A stretch of DNA of 62,870 nt, the filler included, from Asterionella formosa (Eukaryota): the NCBI GenBank assembly GCA_002256025.1. It is 12 parts of 12 records of this genome, joined end to end, with 100 filler letters (N's around TTAATTAATTAA, not from the genome) between each part and the next. Parts side by side here need not be neighbours in the genome. Positions count along the whole stretch, not along the records: positions 45,526 to 62,870 come from NKIB01004493.1; 11 more parts are not named here. One strand, given 5' to 3'. The position numbers were made by a program, and so were the translations under genes. The notes beneath the pieces were generated by a model. The model did no database searches. It was given only the letters and a program-made list of their open reading frames with translations, and was not told the origin of the DNA. Below, in pieces: positions 60,085-62,870 of this stretch. Every line of letters begins with the position of its first letter. The stretch's first letter is position 1.

Positions 60085-62870
60085 TTAAAAGAAATAACTG
60101 AAGAAGGATTTTCGTATCGTCATTTCAACATTTGATGGCTCCTTCATCACTGACTTCATCCTTAATTCGCCAAGATTTCGAGCTAGAAGATCTTCGTTGC
60201 GGGATTCATCTTCCCACGGAGAAGATTCGCATTCCAAGACAAAGCGGAAATGGCACATTTTTGTACTGTCATCACCCCCACTATCACAAGCTGTAGGAAC
60301 GACCAGGGTTGATCCGTCAGCTTGCCCAAAAATGCCTCTTTCTTCATCGAAGGCATATAAGTCAACCACTGCCTTACCACCAGTACAACTGGCAGTATAT
60401 TCCTGGGTAAACCCACATGATAGATCAGATTGTCTATCACAATGCAACACGCCATTGGTTGCAACGAAATCTGTCGCAATCCACCCCAACTCAGAGGAGC
60501 CTGATTCGCAACCCTTCCAGACTTGATGTATAGCAAAAGTTACAGTGTCGGTATCTTGGGAAATAATTTGGACAGGATCAACATCAGTTGGCATTGCTAT
60601 GCACTTGTCAACATTTACTGCCTTTGCACCATCCAATTTAGAACTTATCTCACAAGGAATTGTCATGTCATCTGCAATGTGCTCTTGCAGCATTCGATTA
60701 GTATAGCAAGAACTGCTGCATGGAAGACTAATTTCCCAGAAACAGCCTTTATTGGGGTTGAATTCCACAAAATCAAAGCTGTCTTGACAATCAGGCAGTG
60801 CAACATCAACGATTTCGCTGTAGCCCGAATCACTTCCACCAGTTAGTCGAAGAAGGGCACGATTGTCAACACACTTTGCTGTAAAACTTCCGAAAGTGGC
60901 CCCTGATTTGATGGCAGTAACTGACATGCATTTGTCTGCATTTGGGGTGTTGGCTGGATCTTGATACCAAACCTGAACATGATGCAATGCAAACTTCGAG
61001 ATCAAGCTAAAAGTGACAGTATCATTGTTATATGATGCAATGCTGACATTATCAATACCAAAAGGTCCCTGGCTACAAGTGGACGTTGTTTCGGCAACAT
61101 TGCAGTCAGGAGGACAATCAAAGCATACTCCAATTTCAGTGATAGCACCAGAGTTTGTGAAGTAGACAGAAACAGTAACAACATGATTCATGTTAATCTC
61201 AACAATTTGGACAGCATTCTCGCCTTTTCCATTGAAGTCTACAATGTGACTCAGTCCCTCACTTGTGAAGACCTTGATGAAATTGGCATCGCCGTCAACC
61301 ATGTTCATCAAACCAATATGCCCAACTCTGACTGGATCAGTGAAGTCGAAAGTAATGATGCCTCCACCCTGGTTGGTATCAGCTGCTAACTTGTCTGCTT
61401 CCTGAATAATGAGGACATTTCCAACAGGCACGCAGTTTTGTCCAGGAGTACCCGGCGCACCCCCTTTGCCTTTGCCTATGCCTCCTCCCGGACAGCCCTC
61501 ATTTGGAGATCCCAGTTCAGGATCACCAGCATCTGCATCAGCTGCATTATAAGATGTGTCATAAATGCGAGCCTTGTCGCCAGGAGTGTAGCCACCACCT
61601 GTAGCGGATGCTGAAATGGTGATACCAAAGACATCAAACCACTGTGACAGAATATAATCAGCACTTGTGAGTACCTTGCCAGCATCGTCCCTCTCAAAGT
61701 TGAAAATTTTGCATTTATCACAGCCTCCAAGGTCGAATGGGGCAGAGGAAGAAACAGAAACAATCATGTCGGATAATACATTTGAAGTAGTGCTTGCCAT
61801 TTTGGCAGCTGTCGCAAGTGATGTTGGTGAGGAACCGCAAGCCTTGCAATCTGGTCCGGGGACGGTATATGCGCAGAAACCACTTTCTCCTGCAATCGAA
61901 ACCGTCGATGCTCCAGCTACAACCATGTGTTCCCCTTTATATGTTATAGTGTATTCTTCGCCGACGAACCTGTCAAGAGAACCGACCGCCGCCCACGCTG
62001 TGGGAAAAGAAAGTCCGCTAACTCCTGTGGACGTATCGGGGTTAGCGATAACAATGTTTGCATTGTCGAAGTACTGAGCAGAAGTGACACAGCATTTCCC
62101 AGACCAGCCAATTGTAACACTCGTGATATCCTGACCGTACCCACTTGGATTACCTCTTGGGTTTTTAACCTTGTAAATGAAAGTAGTTTCATTCGCAGAT
62201 ATATTAAATGATGATGATACAAAGACGATCCCCCAGTTTGTGGATGAGCACAACTTCAGCTTCGCATTATCATAATGTGGAACAGAACCAGCGCCGAGAA
62301 TAGAAGTCTGATCAGGCTCGAACGCACCAGAGCCAAAAGCACATGTCGAGAAATATGTTGGACAATCAGGAGGTCTTGATGCAGCAAGCTCGTCAACAAA
62401 ATCCTGGGAAGATGAATTCATTCCTTCCTTGAGATCAACACTGATAGTGTTATCAATTGGATCACCCTCAGAATCTGTTACATCAACGTAGCCATCAGGG
62501 TTAGTTTCTTTCACTGAGTAGTTGCCCTTTGACAAGTTATAGAACGCGTAGTTTCCGTTAGTATCAGTAATAGTTGACTTCATGAAATTGCCGTCCTTGT
62601 CCAGCAAAACAATTGTTACTCCAGGGAGACTGACATCACCAATGTAATTGTTGTCGATATCCTCTTTGACATTTCCAGAAATGGAACCTAGTGTCGGTAA
62701 AACTGGGGATGGACTGAAAGTGGGTGATGTGAATGACTCACAGAGCCTGCAATCTGGGCCAGGCACACTATAGAGGCAATAGCCAGTTTCACTGGCTATT
62801 GATACTACGGAGGCAGTTGGAACCATCTTCTGGTCACCTTTGTAAATAATTGTGTAATGTTCACCAGCAA
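60085..62870 (-). CDS. Large extracellular-type mosaic protein with an SdrD-B/Cna-B-like domain and Cys-rich repeats, 5'-partial
   Basis: GSISGNVKEDIDNN..GD..LPGVTIVLLD...TITDTNGNYAFYNL..GNYSVKETNPDGY (SdrD-B-like). Repeated G.C.Y.VPGPDC modules, a Gly-rich GSPNEGCPGGG domain, and two DTVTF-containing Cys-rich domains. The frame is open to the window edge. Confidence 0.88.
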   Translation of the reverse strand, partial: AGEHYTIIYKGDQKMVPTASVVSIASETGYCLYSVPGPDCRLCESFTSPTFSPSPVLPTLGSISGNVKEDIDNNYIGDVSLPGVTIVLLDKDGNFMKSTITDTNGNYAFYNLSKGNYSVKETNPDGYVDVTDSEGDPIDNTISVDLKEGMNSSSQDFVDELAASRPPDCPTYFSTCAFGSGAFEPDQTSILGAGSVPHYDNAKLKLCSSTNWGIVFVSSSFNISANETTFIYKVKNPRGNPSGYGQDITSVTIGWSGKCCVTSAQYFDNANIVIANPDTSTGVSGLSFPTAWAAVGSLDRFVGEEYTITYKGEHMVVAGASTVSIAGESGFCAYTVPGPDCKACGSSPTSLATAAKMASTTSNVLSDMIVSVSSSAPFDLGGCDKCKIFNFERDDAGKVLTSADYILSQWFDVFGITISASATGGGYTPGDKARIYDTSYNAADADAGDPELGSPNEGCPGGGIGKGKGGAPGTPGQNCVPVGNVLIIQEADKLAADTNQGGGIITFDFTDPVRVGHIGLMNMVDGDANFIKVFTSEGLSHIVDFNGKGENAVQIVEINMNHVVTVSVYFTNSGAITEIGVCFDCPPDCNVAETTSTCSQGPFGIDNVSIASYNNDTVTFSLISKFALHHVQVWYQDPANTPNADKCMSVTAIKSGATFGSFTAKCVDNRALLRLTGGSDSGYSEIVDVALPDCQDSFDFVEFNPNKGCFWEISLPCSSSCYTNRMLQEHIADDMTIPCEISSKLDGAKAVNVDKCIAMPTDVDPVQIISQDTDTVTFAIHQVWKGCESGSSELGWIATDFVATNGVLHCDRQSDLSCGFTQEYTASCTGGKAVVDLYAFDEERGIFGQADGSTLVVPTACDSGGDDSTKMCHFRFVLECESSPWEDESRNEDLLARNLGELRMKSVMKEPSNVEMTIRKSFFSYFF

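Noticed and set aside
60183..62222. Numerous short alternative-frame and antisense ORFs
   Set aside because: Shadows of the long minus-strand CDS. The same applies to small ORFs within the TFIIE-beta, TLC and surface-protein genes.

Overview
Eukaryotic, AT-rich DNA that is most likely from a pennate diatom. This is an inference from the Cys-rich surface proteins, diatom-type LINE and Copia elements, and GT-AG introns with CTAAC branch points. The window is not contiguous. Eleven 100-nt N-linkers containing TTAATTAATTAA join three ~17 kb contigs (1-17367, 17468-34827, 45526-end) and nine ~1.08 kb contigs, so adjacency across a linker has no meaning. Most of the sequence is decayed, nested transposable elements: Ty3/gypsy, Ty1/copia (three LTR families), a LINE, hAT plus a deletion derivative, two pogo-like elements, PIF/Harbinger, a Crypton-like tyrosine recombinase, MITEs and a possible mini-Helitron. 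Host-like genes are a spliced Cys-rich GPI-type surface protein, TFIIE-beta, IPI3/WDR18, a TLC-domain protein, a LamG fragment and a large SdrD-B-containing secreted-type protein. The most intriguing signal is an unclassified repeat family with CGTCTG(C/T)A termini, internal tandem arrays and decayed intron-containing genes. A decayed 2OG-Fe(II) dioxygenase-like gene (HxD...H...R) has an N-terminal domain that recurs next to arrays of that family, which suggests a large transposon carrying an oxygenase as cargo.
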